From: Candidatus Krumholzibacteriia bacterium | GTDB taxonomy: Bacteria; Krumholzibacteriota; Krumholzibacteriia; LZORAL124-64-63 | Length of the DNA stretch: 64,000 nucleotides | Assembly (NCBI GenBank): GCA_046484865.1 | Contig: JAWOID010000112.1 | Location: 1 to 64,000 of the forward strand | Reading direction: 5' to 3' | Shown here: in pieces, positions 9,563 to 19,830 of the stretch | Position numbering within the stretch: the stretch's first letter is position 1 | Layout: each line of letters begins with the position of its first letter | Notes under the pieces: model-generated | The model's input: only the letters and a program-made list of their open reading frames with translations | What the model was told of the DNA's origin: nothing | The model's database searches: none | Position numbers and translations under genes: made by a program

Positions 9563-12313
9563 TCAATCTCCCGGCGCGGCCACCACCTCGAAAAATCGAT
9601 CGGTGGTCAGGTAGCGATGCGCCGCATCCTGGACCGCAGTGGCGGGGCAGGCGCGCACGCCGTCCACCAGGTGCTCGAGATCGTCGCTGCCGCGGCCGTA
9701 GATCAGGTCGCGGGCACAGCGGGCGGCGCGCGAAGGGCCCGACTGGTTCGCGATGAGCAGGTTGCCTGCGAGCTTGGCGCGCACGCGCTCCAGCTCGCTC
9801 TCGGGCACCGGCTGCTCGGCCACGCCGGACAGGACCTCCAGCAGGGCGGCACGGGCTGCCGCCTCGCTCTCGGGGGCGGTCAAGACGTAGGCCGCGAGCA
9901 GTCCCTGCGCGAAGCCGCTCACGCCCATGATGCCGGCGTTGTAGCAGAGCGAGCGCCGGTTGCGCAGTTCGTCGAACAGCCGTCCGCTCTGTCCGTTCAG
10001 CAGTTCGCGCAGGACGAGCAACGACACGCGGTCGGTGACGGGATCGGGCGCTCCCGGCCAGCCCAGCAGCAGCACGCACTGCTTCTGGTCGCGAGTCAGG
10101 CGGCGCTCCTCCGGGCCGGCCGGTCGCCGCGCCGGCGCGAGTTGCGGCCGCGCCGGCGGCTCCGCGCGGCGCGGCTCGGCGAGCGCAGCCTCCAGTCGTG
10201 GCAGGTCGTGCTCGGGATCGACGTCGCCGACCAGCACCAGTTCCAGCGGCCCGGACAGCCAGGTGCGACGATGCCAGGATACGAGGTCATCGCGCCCGAG
10301 GCGCAGCAGCGAGGGCTCGGTGCCGACGAGCGGTCGGCCGTAAGGGTGATCGCCGTAGATCATCGCCCGCAGCTCCAGGGCCGCCGCCTGCAGCGGCGTG
10401 TCCATGACCGCCGCCAGCTGCTCGCGCGCCAGTCGCCGCTCGCGCTCCAGCTCGTCGTCGCGGAAGTCCGGTCGCACGATCGTGTCGCCCAGCAGGGCGA
10501 ACGCCTCGCGGCGGTTGCGCCGGAGTCCGGAGGCGAGCAGACCGGTGAAGTCGCGGTCGAGCTGGGCCGAGAGCGTGGCGCCGAGGGTCTCGATCCGGTC
10601 GTGCAGCACGGAGGCCGGTACCCCGGCCGCGCCCTTCACCTGCACCTGCTGTCCCAGCGCAGCCAGCCCGGAGTCGGCCGCCGTCTCGTGGAGCACGCCG
10701 CCGGGCGTCACCACGGCCGCCGACCAGATGGGTTCGGCTCGGTCCACCAGATAGTGGACCCGGAGCCCTCCGGCCAGATCTGCCGACGTGAAGCGCGGCA
10801 TCTGGCCCGGCCGCGGCGGTGCGGCGGCCCTCTCGACCGCCGTCGCCGGGGACCGCCGATCTCTGCCGGTGCCTCCGTCGGAGCCGTCCTCCTTCGTCGT
10901 GTGCTCCGCCGCCTCGCCTGTGTCCGGCTGCGCAGGTGGGGCTTCGGCGCCGCTATCGGCATGGCTCAGCACGGGCGCGAGCAGGGCCTCGAGCCCGGCG
11001 GCGTCCCGGGGTATGCCGAGGGCGCGCGGGTCGAGATCTCGCGGCAGGTAGACCAGGCAGGCCAGGCGCTCCCGGCCGAACACCCGGCGCGCCAGGGCCT
11101 TCACGTCGGCGGCGGTCACGGCGTCCACGCGGTCGGGGAAGCGGAAGGCGTCGGCCAGGTCGCCCATGGCGTCGTGCCGGCCCAGTCGTGCCGCCAGTCC
11201 CTGGACCGTCTCCGAGCCGAAGTGCACGGCTCGCCGGGTCCGTACCCGGGCCCGCACCAGCTCGTTCTCAGGCAGGTCGCCTTGCTTGAGCGATTCCAGG
11301 ACCTCGGCGGTGGCGGTCAGGGCTTCCGCCAGCCGCTCGGGTTCGCACTCGAGATCCACCACGATCAGGCCCTCGCGCGGGCCGCTCTCGCTGGCGGCGG
11401 CGATCTCGCTGACGAGTTGCCGCTCCTCCTGCACGACCCGGAACAGGCGGCAACTGCGGCCGTCCGTGAGCAGCCGGTGCAGCACGCTCAGCGCCGGCCG
11501 CCACGCCGAGCGCTCGCCGGGCGTCAGGAAGACCAGCTTCGCGTAGGCATGCTTGAGGTCGCCGCTGGCCAGGCGATAGCGCAGCTCATGCCGCGGCGGC
11601 TCCACCGGAGGCTCCGTGAGCTGCAACGGCCCGGACGGGCGCGGCAGGCGGCCGAATGTCCTCGCCACGAGGTCGCGGGCCTGCTCGGCGCCGATGTCGC
11701 CCACCACCACCACGGTGGTGTTGTCGGGACGGTACATGCGCCGGTAGAAGCCCACGATCTCTTCCCGCGGGGCTTCCAGCAGCGCCTCGTCGCGGCCCCC
11801 GATGGGATGGCGGTACGGGCTGTGGTCGAGGGCCATCTCCAGCGCCCACTTCCAGGTGATCCCGAAACCGAAGGGTATGTCGTCGTACATGTGGTTCTCG
11901 TGCACGAGGACGTGGCGCTCGCTGTCCAGCGAAGCGGCATCGAAGCGGGCGCCGAAGAGGCCGTCCGCGAGCAGGTCGCACGCCTTCGGAAGTTCCTCCA
12001 CCGGCACGATCACGTGATAGCTGGTCGTCTCGTAGCCCGTGCCGGCGTTGCTGCTGCCGCCGGCGGCTGCCACCTCGCGGGCGAAGTCGCTCTCGCCCCG
12101 CCGATCCGAGCCCTTGAAGATCATGTGTTCGATGCCGTGGGACCAGCCGCGCAGGTGCTCGGGCTCCCAGTTGGAACCCACCCGCACCCAGACGTGGCAG
12201 ATGGCCACCGGCGTTCGCCGGTGCTCGGCCACGATCAGCCGCACGCCGTTGTCGAGGACGGCGGTGGCGACGCGGGGGTCCTCGGGACGGCGCTGCAGGG
12301 GCGGGACGGTCAT
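9563..12313 (-). CDS. M16 family (pitrilysin/insulinase) zinc peptidase, two-module fusion
   Basis: GWSHGIEHMIFKGS (HxxEH), NAGT, YRHPIGG, YRPDN; second inactive module with HPYGRP. Confidence 0.93.
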   Translation of the reverse strand: MTVPPLQRRPEDPRVATAVLDNGVRLIVAEHRRTPVAICHVWVRVGSNWEPEHLRGWSHGIEHMIFKGSDRRGESDFAREVAAAGGSSNAGTGYETTSYHVIVPVEELPKACDLLADGLFGARFDAASLDSERHVLVHENHMYDDIPFGFGITWKWALEMALDHSPYRHPIGGRDEALLEAPREEIVGFYRRMYRPDNTTVVVVGDIGAEQARDLVARTFGRLPRPSGPLQLTEPPVEPPRHELRYRLASGDLKHAYAKLVFLTPGERSAWRPALSVLHRLLTDGRSCRLFRVVQEERQLVSEIAAASESGPREGLIVVDLECEPERLAEALTATAEVLESLKQGDLPENELVRARVRTRRAVHFGSETVQGLAARLGRHDAMGDLADAFRFPDRVDAVTAADVKALARRVFGRERLACLVYLPRDLDPRALGIPRDAAGLEALLAPVLSHADSGAEAPPAQPDTGEAAEHTTKEDGSDGGTGRDRRSPATAVERAAAPPRPGQMPRFTSADLAGGLRVHYLVDRAEPIWSAAVVTPGGVLHETAADSGLAALGQQVQVKGAAGVPASVLHDRIETLGATLSAQLDRDFTGLLASGLRRNRREAFALLGDTIVRPDFRDDELERERRLAREQLAAVMDTPLQAAALELRAMIYGDHPYGRPLVGTEPSLLRLGRDDLVSWHRRTWLSGPLELVLVGDVDPEHDLPRLEAALAEPRRAEPPARPQLAPARRPAGPEERRLTRDQKQCVLLLGWPGAPDPVTDRVSLLVLRELLNGQSGRLFDELRNRRSLCYNAGIMGVSGFAQGLLAAYVLTAPESEAAARAALLEVLSGVAEQPVPESELERVRAKLAGNLLIANQSGPSRAARCARDLIYGRGSDDLEHLVDGVRACPATAVQDAAHRYLTTDRFFEVVAAPGD

Positions 12314-12621
12314 GTTTCCTCGCGATGGGCTGGAGACGCCTGACGCTCGTATCTTGGCAAGATAGCGGACCCTGCGCGCCCTGGCGATGGCAAGTACGAG
12401 CTTCGCCACGCCGGCCGGTCAGGGACCGGACGTTGACTGAGAGGCTCTCGTGGCCCAGTTTTTGCCCCGCCCTGCCGCGGCGACCGACCTGCCGAGCCGG
12501 TTGCCACGGCCGGGCCGCAGACGGTCGCTGTTCCAGGGCGCGCCGGGGGGCGTCGCCCCTGCCCGCACGGGCCGGTCCGCGAACCGTGCCGCCGATTTCA
12601 CCGACCCCGGGAGTGTTGTCA

Positions 12622-14721
12622 GTGGACCCCGTGACGCCCGCGGCGCCCGGTCGACGACCGCGGCGCTGGCTGCACGCGCTGCTGAGGCGTTTCGCGCCCG
12701 ACGAGACCACGATCATGGTGAGCGTGGCCGTGGTGGTGGGCGTGGTCGGCGGCCTCGGGGCGATCCTGTTCCGCTGGCTCGTGCAGGCATTCCAGGGTCT
12801 GGCCATCGGCGCTGGCGAGGACACGGTGGCGCTGCTGGAGCCGCTGCCGTGGTGGCACAAGGCGATGCTGCCGGTGATCGGCGGGCTCGTGGTGGGCCCG
12901 CTGGTCCACTTCCTGGCGCGGGAGGCGCGCGGCCACGGCGTGCCCGAGGTCATCAACGCCATCGTCTTCAAGAAGGGCGTGATCCGCCCCGTCGTGGCTG
13001 CGGTGAAGATCACCGCCAGCGCCATCACCATCGCCTTCGGCGGCTCCGTCGGCCGTGAGGGGCCCATCGTGCAGATCGGCTCGGCGATGGGCAGCACGCT
13101 CGGGCAGGTGCTACACTTCTCGCCGCAGCGCCTGCGCACGATGATCGGCTGCGGCGCCGCCGCCGGCATCGCCGCCACCTTCAACGCGCCCATCGCCGGC
13201 GCGTTCTTCGCCCTGGAGATCCTCCTGCGCGATTTCGCCGTGGTGACCTTCGCGCCCATCATCGTGGCCAGCGTCACGGCCACCGTCGTCAGTCGCCACT
13301 TCCTCGGCGACACCCCTGCGTTCCCGGTGCCGGGTTTCAGCATCCAGGGCTACGGCGAGTTGCCGCTCTACCTGCTGATGGGGCTCGTGGTGGGTCTGGT
13401 GGCGGTGGTGTACGTGCGCACCCTCTACGCCTCGGAGCGGTGGTTCGAGCGGTTGCGGGTTCCGGCCTGGATCAAGCCCGCGCTGGGCGGCGTGCCGCTC
13501 GGCATCCTCATCATCTGGTTCCCGCAGGTGTACGGCGTCGGCTACTCGTCGATGGTCGAAGCCCTCGAGGGGCGCATGATCTGGGAACTGATGGCGTTGC
13601 TGGTGGTCGTGAAGCTGCTGGCCGTGAACATCACCCTCGGCTCCGGGTTCTCCGGCGGGATCTTCGCGCCGGCGCTGTTCATGGGCGGCATGGCCGGCGG
13701 AGCCTTCGGCGCCGCCGTGTCGCCGGGCCTGCCGGACGCGCCGGGTCTGGCCGGTCCGTTCGCCATGGTGGGCATGGCCGCCATGGTGGGCGCCGCCACC
13801 GGCGGTCCGCTCACCGCCATCCTCATCCTGTTCGAGATGACCGGCGAGTACAGCATCATCCTGCCGCTGATGCTCGCGAGCATCGCCGCCACCCTGGTGT
13901 ACCGGTCCGTCCAGCGCGACAGCATCTTCACCCTCAAGTTCACCCTCGCCGGCAAGCGCCTCGAAATGGGCCGGGAGAGCGCCATCCTCCAGCAGTATCA
14001 GGTGGAGGACATCATGGTGCTCAACCCCACGACCATCCCGCAGGACTGGACCTTCGACCGCATCCTCGAGCTGTTCCTGTCCGGCTACGACGAGCACTAC
14101 TACGTCACCGACGACCGCCGGCGGCTCGTGGGCGTGATCTCGATCCACGACGTGAAGAACCTGCTCCACGAGAAGAGTCTGGCCCGGGTGCTGATCGCCG
14201 CCGACATCTGCGCGCCTGCGCCCGCCGGCGTCGACCGCACCGACAACCTCGAGGATTGTCTCCTCGAGCTGGGCCGGGAGGACCGGCGAGATCTGCCGGT
14301 GCTCGAGTCGGCGCACGACCCGGTGCTCACGGGGATCGTCACCCGGCGGGGCATCTTCGAGGTCTACAACCGCGAGGTGCTGCACCAGGAGGACATGGGC
14401 ATCAAGCTGGTCACCGGCGAGGCCCGCATGCGAGACTGCGTGGACCTGCCGGAGGAGTACCGGGTGCAGGTCCTCACGCCGCCCGCCTCGTACCTGGGTC
14501 GCACGGTGCGTGAGCTGGGGCTGCGGGAGCGGTACAACGTGTCGGTGCTGGCCGTGAAGCGACGCACCGCCCTGGGCGGTCAGCGCAACGAGTTGCCGCA
14601 GCCCGACCGCGCGCTCGATCCCGGCGACCAGCTCATCGTCGTGGGTCACGTCGACGATCTCGAGCGGCTGCTGGCGGAGATCGATCCCGCGGCGCATTCC
14701 GCCGCCCTGCGCCGCTCCTGA
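12622..14721 (+). CDS. ClC chloride channel/H+ antiporter with CBS pair and TrkA_C domain
   Basis: GHGVPE, GREGP, FNAPIAG, GGIFAP, CBS repeats, C-terminal LRERYNVSVLAVKR...GDQLIVVG. Confidence 0.93.
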   Translation: MDPVTPAAPGRRPRRWLHALLRRFAPDETTIMVSVAVVVGVVGGLGAILFRWLVQAFQGLAIGAGEDTVALLEPLPWWHKAMLPVIGGLVVGPLVHFLAREARGHGVPEVINAIVFKKGVIRPVVAAVKITASAITIAFGGSVGREGPIVQIGSAMGSTLGQVLHFSPQRLRTMIGCGAAAGIAATFNAPIAGAFFALEILLRDFAVVTFAPIIVASVTATVVSRHFLGDTPAFPVPGFSIQGYGELPLYLLMGLVVGLVAVVYVRTLYASERWFERLRVPAWIKPALGGVPLGILIIWFPQVYGVGYSSMVEALEGRMIWELMALLVVVKLLAVNITLGSGFSGGIFAPALFMGGMAGGAFGAAVSPGLPDAPGLAGPFAMVGMAAMVGAATGGPLTAILILFEMTGEYSIILPLMLASIAATLVYRSVQRDSIFTLKFTLAGKRLEMGRESAILQQYQVEDIMVLNPTTIPQDWTFDRILELFLSGYDEHYYVTDDRRRLVGVISIHDVKNLLHEKSLARVLIAADICAPAPAGVDRTDNLEDCLLELGREDRRDLPVLESAHDPVLTGIVTRRGIFEVYNREVLHQEDMGIKLVTGEARMRDCVDLPEEYRVQVLTPPASYLGRTVRELGLRERYNVSVLAVKRRTALGGQRNELPQPDRALDPGDQLIVVGHVDDLERLLAEIDPAAHSAALRRS

Positions 14722-14740
14722 TCCCGGGGAAGGAGGCTCC

Positions 14741-15730
14741 GTGCCGACGAGCGTTCGCCCGCCCGACATCCTCACCATCGACGTGGAGGAGTGGTTCCAT
14801 GGCCACAACTACCTGCACGTGGTACCGCCGGAGCGCTGGGACGAGCAGGAGATGCGGGTGGTCGCCAACACCGACCGCTGCCTGGACCTGCTGAGGAGGT
14901 ACGACGTCCGCGCCACCTTCTTCGTGCTGGGCTGGACCGCGGTCCGGCAGCCCGCGCTGGTGGCCCGCATCGCCGCCGCCGGTCACGAGATCGGCTGCCA
15001 CAGCCATGCGCACCCGGTGGTCTACGACCTGGACGACGATTCCTTCCGGCGGGACCTCGCCGCCGCCCTCGCCGCCCTGCGCGACGCCGGCGTGAGTCGA
15101 GTGGCGGGCTACCGCGCGCCGAGCTTCTCCCTCACCCCGCCCGTCCACCGTTTCCTGCACGTGCTGCGCGAGGCCGGCTTCCGGTACGATTGCTCCATCT
15201 TCCCCATCCGTCATCCGCGCTATGGCCAGCCCGGGTCGCCCCGCGAGCCGTTCCTGCTGGACGTCGGCCCGGTGGCCGGCTCCGGGTCGCCGGTCCCCGC
15301 CGCCGCGGCAGGGGGGAATCCGGCCAGCGCCGGCCCGGGCACGGCGGCTGACGCGGATCCCCGGGCGGATGGCCTGGTGGTGGTGCCGATGACCACGTGG
15401 CGGGTCGCCACGCTCAACGTGCCGTTCGCGGGCGGCGGCTACCTGCGCCTGCTGCCCTGGCCCGCCTACGCCTTCCTGCGCGACCGCGCACTGGCCCAGG
15501 GGCAGCCCAACATCATCTACCTGCATCCGTGGGAGCTCGACGGGTACCGGCCGCGGGTGGGGCAGTCGCGCCTGGGCCGCTGGCGCAGCCAGGGCGGACA
15601 GGACAGCATGCCCCGCAAGGTCGAGCGGCTGCTGCGGCTGGGGAGGTTCGCGACGATGGGCGAATACGTCGAGGAACGGCGGCGGTCCGGCGAACTGCCG
15701 GTGCGGACGCTGCCCGTCGTGGGCACGTGA
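14741..15730 (+). CDS. Polysaccharide deacetylase (DUF3473/PEP-CTERM-locus type)
   Basis: TIDVEEWF, ATFFVLG, GHEIGCHS, GYRAPSFS, GGGYLRLLP, YLHPWELD. Confidence 0.9.
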   Translation: MPTSVRPPDILTIDVEEWFHGHNYLHVVPPERWDEQEMRVVANTDRCLDLLRRYDVRATFFVLGWTAVRQPALVARIAAAGHEIGCHSHAHPVVYDLDDDSFRRDLAAALAALRDAGVSRVAGYRAPSFSLTPPVHRFLHVLREAGFRYDCSIFPIRHPRYGQPGSPREPFLLDVGPVAGSGSPVPAAAAGGNPASAGPGTAADADPRADGLVVVPMTTWRVATLNVPFAGGGYLRLLPWPAYAFLRDRALAQGQPNIIYLHPWELDGYRPRVGQSRLGRWRSQGGQDSMPRKVERLLRLGRFATMGEYVEERRRSGELPVRTLPVVGT

Positions 15731-16036
15731 GATCCGGGGCAGCCCTGCGCGGTCGCACGACGCGCGGGGGCGGGACGCAAGGCGACGGCCCGGGCAGACG
15801 ACTCAAACGGGGCCGTGGTGGGCCCCGTCTGGGTCGTCGCGCCGCTCCGTCAGGACTTCGACCCTGTGTCCCGAGGAACCGAACCTGGGGGGAAATGCTT
15901 TCAGCGGACCAGGTTCGATTGTAAGTTACGCAACCGCGGGCGGAGTGTTCCAGTCGAGGAAGCGATTTTCCGGCCGGGGTTTTCCAGAGGCTGGACCCGA
16001 GCCTGCGATGGGCCGCAGGAGGAGCACGGGACGGAC

Positions 16037-17488
16037 ATGAACATCGTGATGGTCACCTTCGAGCTGGCGCCGATCGCCAAGGTCGGCGGGCTGGCGGACG
16101 TCGCTGCGGCGCTCTCGCGCGAGCTGGCCCGGCGCGGGCACGCGGTGCGAGTCGTGCTACCGGCCTACGGTCACCTCGAGCTCGCGGCGGCGGGCCTGGA
16201 GCCGGTGCCGGGGCTGCCCGTGCTGCCCCTGCGCGCGGGGCAGCGCGTGCAGCCGGTGCGCCTGCTCCGCAGCGAGTCGTTGCTGGACGGCGTGGAGGTG
16301 TTCGCGGTGGACTGTCCGCCGCTCTTCCGGCGGCCGGGCATCTACGGCAGCCCGGACGGACGCGACTTCGCCGACAGCCTCGAGCGGGCGTCGGTGGTCG
16401 CGCAGGCGGCGCTGGTCCTGCCCCTGGTCCTGCAGTGGCCGGTGGACGTGCTGCACTGCCACGACGTGCAGGGCGGCCTGGCCGCCGTGTACCGGCGGCG
16501 CTGGCACGGACCCGACCTGCCGGGGCGCGGCGGGACCCTGCTGACCATCCACAATCTGGCCCACCAGGAACTGCGTCCGCCCGACGGCATGAGCGCGCTC
16601 GACCTGCCGCAGGAGCTGGCGCAATGGCCGGGCCCCTTCGAGTTCCACGGATCGATGAACACCCTCAAGGGCGCCATCCTGCACGCGGACCTCGTGAACA
16701 CCGTCAGCCCGAGCTACGCGCGGGAGGTGGTCGGCGACCCGGCCCACGGCCATGGCCTCGACGGCGTGCTGGCCAGCCGCGGCGAGGATTTCAGCGGCAT
16801 CCTCAACGGCGCCGACTACGCCACCTGGAGCCCGGCGAACGACCCGCTGCTGCCGGCGCGTTACGACAGCGACGATCTCGCCGGTCGCGAAGCCTGCCGC
16901 GTCGCCCTGACGAGGGAACTCGGTCTCGACCCCGGGACGATGGTGGTCGGCATGGTCACCCGTCTCTACAGCCAGAAGGGCGTGGACCTCGTGCTCACCG
17001 CCTGTGACCGCATGGTCGCCGAGGGGATGAGCCTGGTGGTGCTGGGCTCGGGCGACGCGGTGATGGAGGCGGGGCTGCGCCGGGCCGCCGAGCGGCACCC
17101 CCGGCGGGTGGCATTCAGTCCCCGGTTCGACGAGCCCCTGGCTCACCGGATCTACGCCGGGGCCGACGTCTTCCTCATGCCGAGCGCCTTCGAGCCGTGC
17201 GGACTGAGCCAGATGTACGCGATGCGCTACGGCACTCCGCCGGTGGTGCGGGCGACCGGCGGACTGCGCGACACGGTGGTGGACGCGAGCGAACCCGAGG
17301 GCACCGGGTTCGTCTTCTGGGATCAGAGCGCCGACGCCATGCTGGCGGCGCTGCAGCGCGCTCGCGTCATGCGCGAGGATGCGAAGGCATGGGAAGCGCT
17401 GGTCCGCCGCGGCATGGCGCAGCGCTTCGACTGGTCCCGCGCCGCGGATCGGTACGAGGAACTGTACGGGCGTCTGGCGACACGCTGA
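16037..17488 (+). CDS. glgA: Glycogen synthase
   Basis: KVGGLADV, TIHNLAHQ, NTVSPSYA, GILNG, QKG, MPSAFEPCGLSQMYAMRYGT, TGGLRDTV. Confidence 0.96.
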   Translation: MNIVMVTFELAPIAKVGGLADVAAALSRELARRGHAVRVVLPAYGHLELAAAGLEPVPGLPVLPLRAGQRVQPVRLLRSESLLDGVEVFAVDCPPLFRRPGIYGSPDGRDFADSLERASVVAQAALVLPLVLQWPVDVLHCHDVQGGLAAVYRRRWHGPDLPGRGGTLLTIHNLAHQELRPPDGMSALDLPQELAQWPGPFEFHGSMNTLKGAILHADLVNTVSPSYAREVVGDPAHGHGLDGVLASRGEDFSGILNGADYATWSPANDPLLPARYDSDDLAGREACRVALTRELGLDPGTMVVGMVTRLYSQKGVDLVLTACDRMVAEGMSLVVLGSGDAVMEAGLRRAAERHPRRVAFSPRFDEPLAHRIYAGADVFLMPSAFEPCGLSQMYAMRYGTPPVVRATGGLRDTVVDASEPEGTGFVFWDQSADAMLAALQRARVMREDAKAWEALVRRGMAQRFDWSRAADRYEELYGRLATR

Positions 17489-17525
17489 ACACGCCGCCGG
17501 CGCCCGGAGGGAAGGAGTCCGGCGC

Positions 17526-19283
17526 ATGCACCGGGATGAGCCGCGCCGAGAGGCGGATCTGCTGGCCGAGGGTTTCCGGGCCAGCGTCGGCTCCCTGCTG
17601 CTCATCGACGCCGAGTTGCGGATCGTGATGGCCAGTCGCGGTGCCGGTTCGCTGCTCGGCTGGTCGGCGGAGGACCTGGCCGGACAGCCCCTGCGTCGCT
17701 TCGTGCCGGCCGCGCGCGAGATGGAGACCTGGGGCGCGGGGGGGCTTCCCCTGGGGACCCGTAGCTTCCACCTCGAGATCCAGTCGTCCTCCGGCACGGT
17801 GGTGCCGGTCGAGGTCCAGGCCAGCGAGTTCGTTTCCGGCGGCGAGCGCCACTACCTGCTGCTGCTCAACGACAGCCGCGTGCGCGAGGATCTCGACGCC
17901 AAGCGCACGGCCCGCCTGGCGCGGCTCACGCTGCTGAACCAGGTGAGCGAGGCGCTCTACGGCGCTCACCTGACCCTCGACCAGATCCTGGAGGCCGTGC
18001 TCATCTGCATGACGGCCGGGCAGGGGCTGCGGTTCAACCGCGCCTTCCTGCTCCTCACCGATCCCCGCAAGGAGCACCTGCGGGGCGAGCTGGCCATCGG
18101 ACCCAGCAGCCACGAGGAGGCCGCCCGCATCTGGAGCCGCCTGGCCAGCGAGCAGGCCGACCTCTTCGAGCTGATGACCACCTACGAACGTTCCATCCGC
18201 GAGACCGACGTGCGGGTGAACGAGGTGGTCAAGAGCATGGTGGTGCCGCTGGCCGACCGCGACCACGTGCTCATCCGCGCCATGTACGACGGCAAGGCGG
18301 TCAAGGTGCAGGCCCGCGAGGGCGAGCCCGGCGTGACCGAGACCCGCGAGTGGCTCGGCGCGCACACCTTCGCCATCGGCCCGCTGACCACGCGCCGCGG
18401 ACCGCTCGGCGTCATCATCGCCGACAACGCCATCACGGGCGCCGAGATCGGGGAACTGGACCTGGAGTTCCTGCAGCTCTTCGCGAACCAGGCCGCCGTG
18501 GCCATCGAGAACAGCCGGCTGTACCACGAGCTGGAGCGGCGGCTGATGGACCTGCGCAAGGCGCACCAGCGCCAGAAGGAGGCGCAGGAGACCCTCCTGC
18601 GCATGGAGCGGCTGTCGGTGATGGGCGAGACGTCGGCCATCGTCGCGCACGAGCTGCGCAACCCGCTGGTCGCCATCGGCGGCTTCTCGCGCACCCTCGA
18701 GCGGAGCCTGGCCGCGGACGACCCGAATCGCCGCTACGCCGAGATCATCACCGAGGAGGTGGGTCGGCTCGAGCGCATCATCCACGAACTGCTCGACTTC
18801 ATCCGGCCCCAGAAGCGCTTGCGCAAGGACGTGGATTGCGACCGGCTGGTGAGCGAGACCGCCACCCGCATCTCGGACCAGCTCAGCGCGCGGCGTATCG
18901 GCCTGGAACTGGATCTCGGGGCTGCCGGCGAGGTCGTACGCTGCCATCCGGGCGAGGTGCAGCAGGTGCTGCAGAACCTCATCATGAACGCCATGCAGGC
19001 GGTGGACAGCGACGGCCGCGTGATTGTGCGCACCCGGCCCAACGAGGCCGGCATCGAGGTGTCGGTGCAGGACACCGGTCCGGGCATCGCGGTGGAGGCG
19101 TTGGACCGCCTCTTCGCGCCGTTCTTCTCGACCAAGCCCAGCGGATCGGGGCTCGGTCTGACGATCTGCGCCCGCATCGTCAAGGCCCACGGTTCGGAGC
19201 TACGGGCCGAAAATCGGCCGGAAGGCGGAGCGATTTTCCATTTCGTGTTGCCCAGACCGCGTCCAGCGCGCAAGGATGGGTGA
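17526..19283 (+). CDS. PAS/GAF sensor histidine kinase
   Basis: GAF (GLRFNRAFLL...FANQAAVAIEN), AHELRNPL, NLIMNA, DTGPGI, FFSTK, GLGL. Confidence 0.92.
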   Translation: MHRDEPRREADLLAEGFRASVGSLLLIDAELRIVMASRGAGSLLGWSAEDLAGQPLRRFVPAAREMETWGAGGLPLGTRSFHLEIQSSSGTVVPVEVQASEFVSGGERHYLLLLNDSRVREDLDAKRTARLARLTLLNQVSEALYGAHLTLDQILEAVLICMTAGQGLRFNRAFLLLTDPRKEHLRGELAIGPSSHEEAARIWSRLASEQADLFELMTTYERSIRETDVRVNEVVKSMVVPLADRDHVLIRAMYDGKAVKVQAREGEPGVTETREWLGAHTFAIGPLTTRRGPLGVIIADNAITGAEIGELDLEFLQLFANQAAVAIENSRLYHELERRLMDLRKAHQRQKEAQETLLRMERLSVMGETSAIVAHELRNPLVAIGGFSRTLERSLAADDPNRRYAEIITEEVGRLERIIHELLDFIRPQKRLRKDVDCDRLVSETATRISDQLSARRIGLELDLGAAGEVVRCHPGEVQQVLQNLIMNAMQAVDSDGRVIVRTRPNEAGIEVSVQDTGPGIAVEALDRLFAPFFSTKPSGSGLGLTICARIVKAHGSELRAENRPEGGAIFHFVLPRPRPARKDG

Positions 19284-19418
19284 GGATGGGGGCGACCCCC
19301 TCCCGATTGGTCTGGCGAGGTCAGATGGCATCTGGTAACGTTTGCTCGCAGGGGGTCGTCGGAGGGGCGCATCAGCGCCGCCCCGCCGGCTCGACGGATC
19401 GGACGAAGGAGGGACGCC

Positions 19419-19787
19419 GTGGCGAAGATTCTCATCGTGGACGATGAGCCCCACCTGCGCCTGCTGTACGAGACGGAGTTGCGTCGCGCCGGCTACGAGA
19501 CCATGACCGCAAGCAACGGCGAGCAGGGACTCGAGTACGTGGACACCATGAAGCCGGATCTGGTGATCCTGGACATCCGCATGGCCGGCATGGACGGGGT
19601 GGAAGCCCTGCAGCGGATCCTGGATCGCGACACCACCATCCCGGTCATCCTCAACACGGCGTATTCGAGCTACCGGGAGAACTACCTCACCTGGTCGGCG
19701 GACGCGTACGTGACGAAGTCGTCGGACATGACAGAGCTCCTGGAGAAGGTCAGGGAGTTGCTGCAGTCCAAGATGATCGAGAGATAG
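19419..19787 (+). CDS. Single-domain response regulator
   Basis: KILIVDDE, PDLVILDIRM, TAY, YVTKS. Confidence 0.93.
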   Translation: MAKILIVDDEPHLRLLYETELRRAGYETMTASNGEQGLEYVDTMKPDLVILDIRMAGMDGVEALQRILDRDTTIPVILNTAYSSYRENYLTWSADAYVTKSSDMTELLEKVRELLQSKMIER

Positions 19788-19830
19788 CCCCGGCGGCGCG
19801 TCGCGCGCGCGCACGTGGGGGAGTCGTCGC

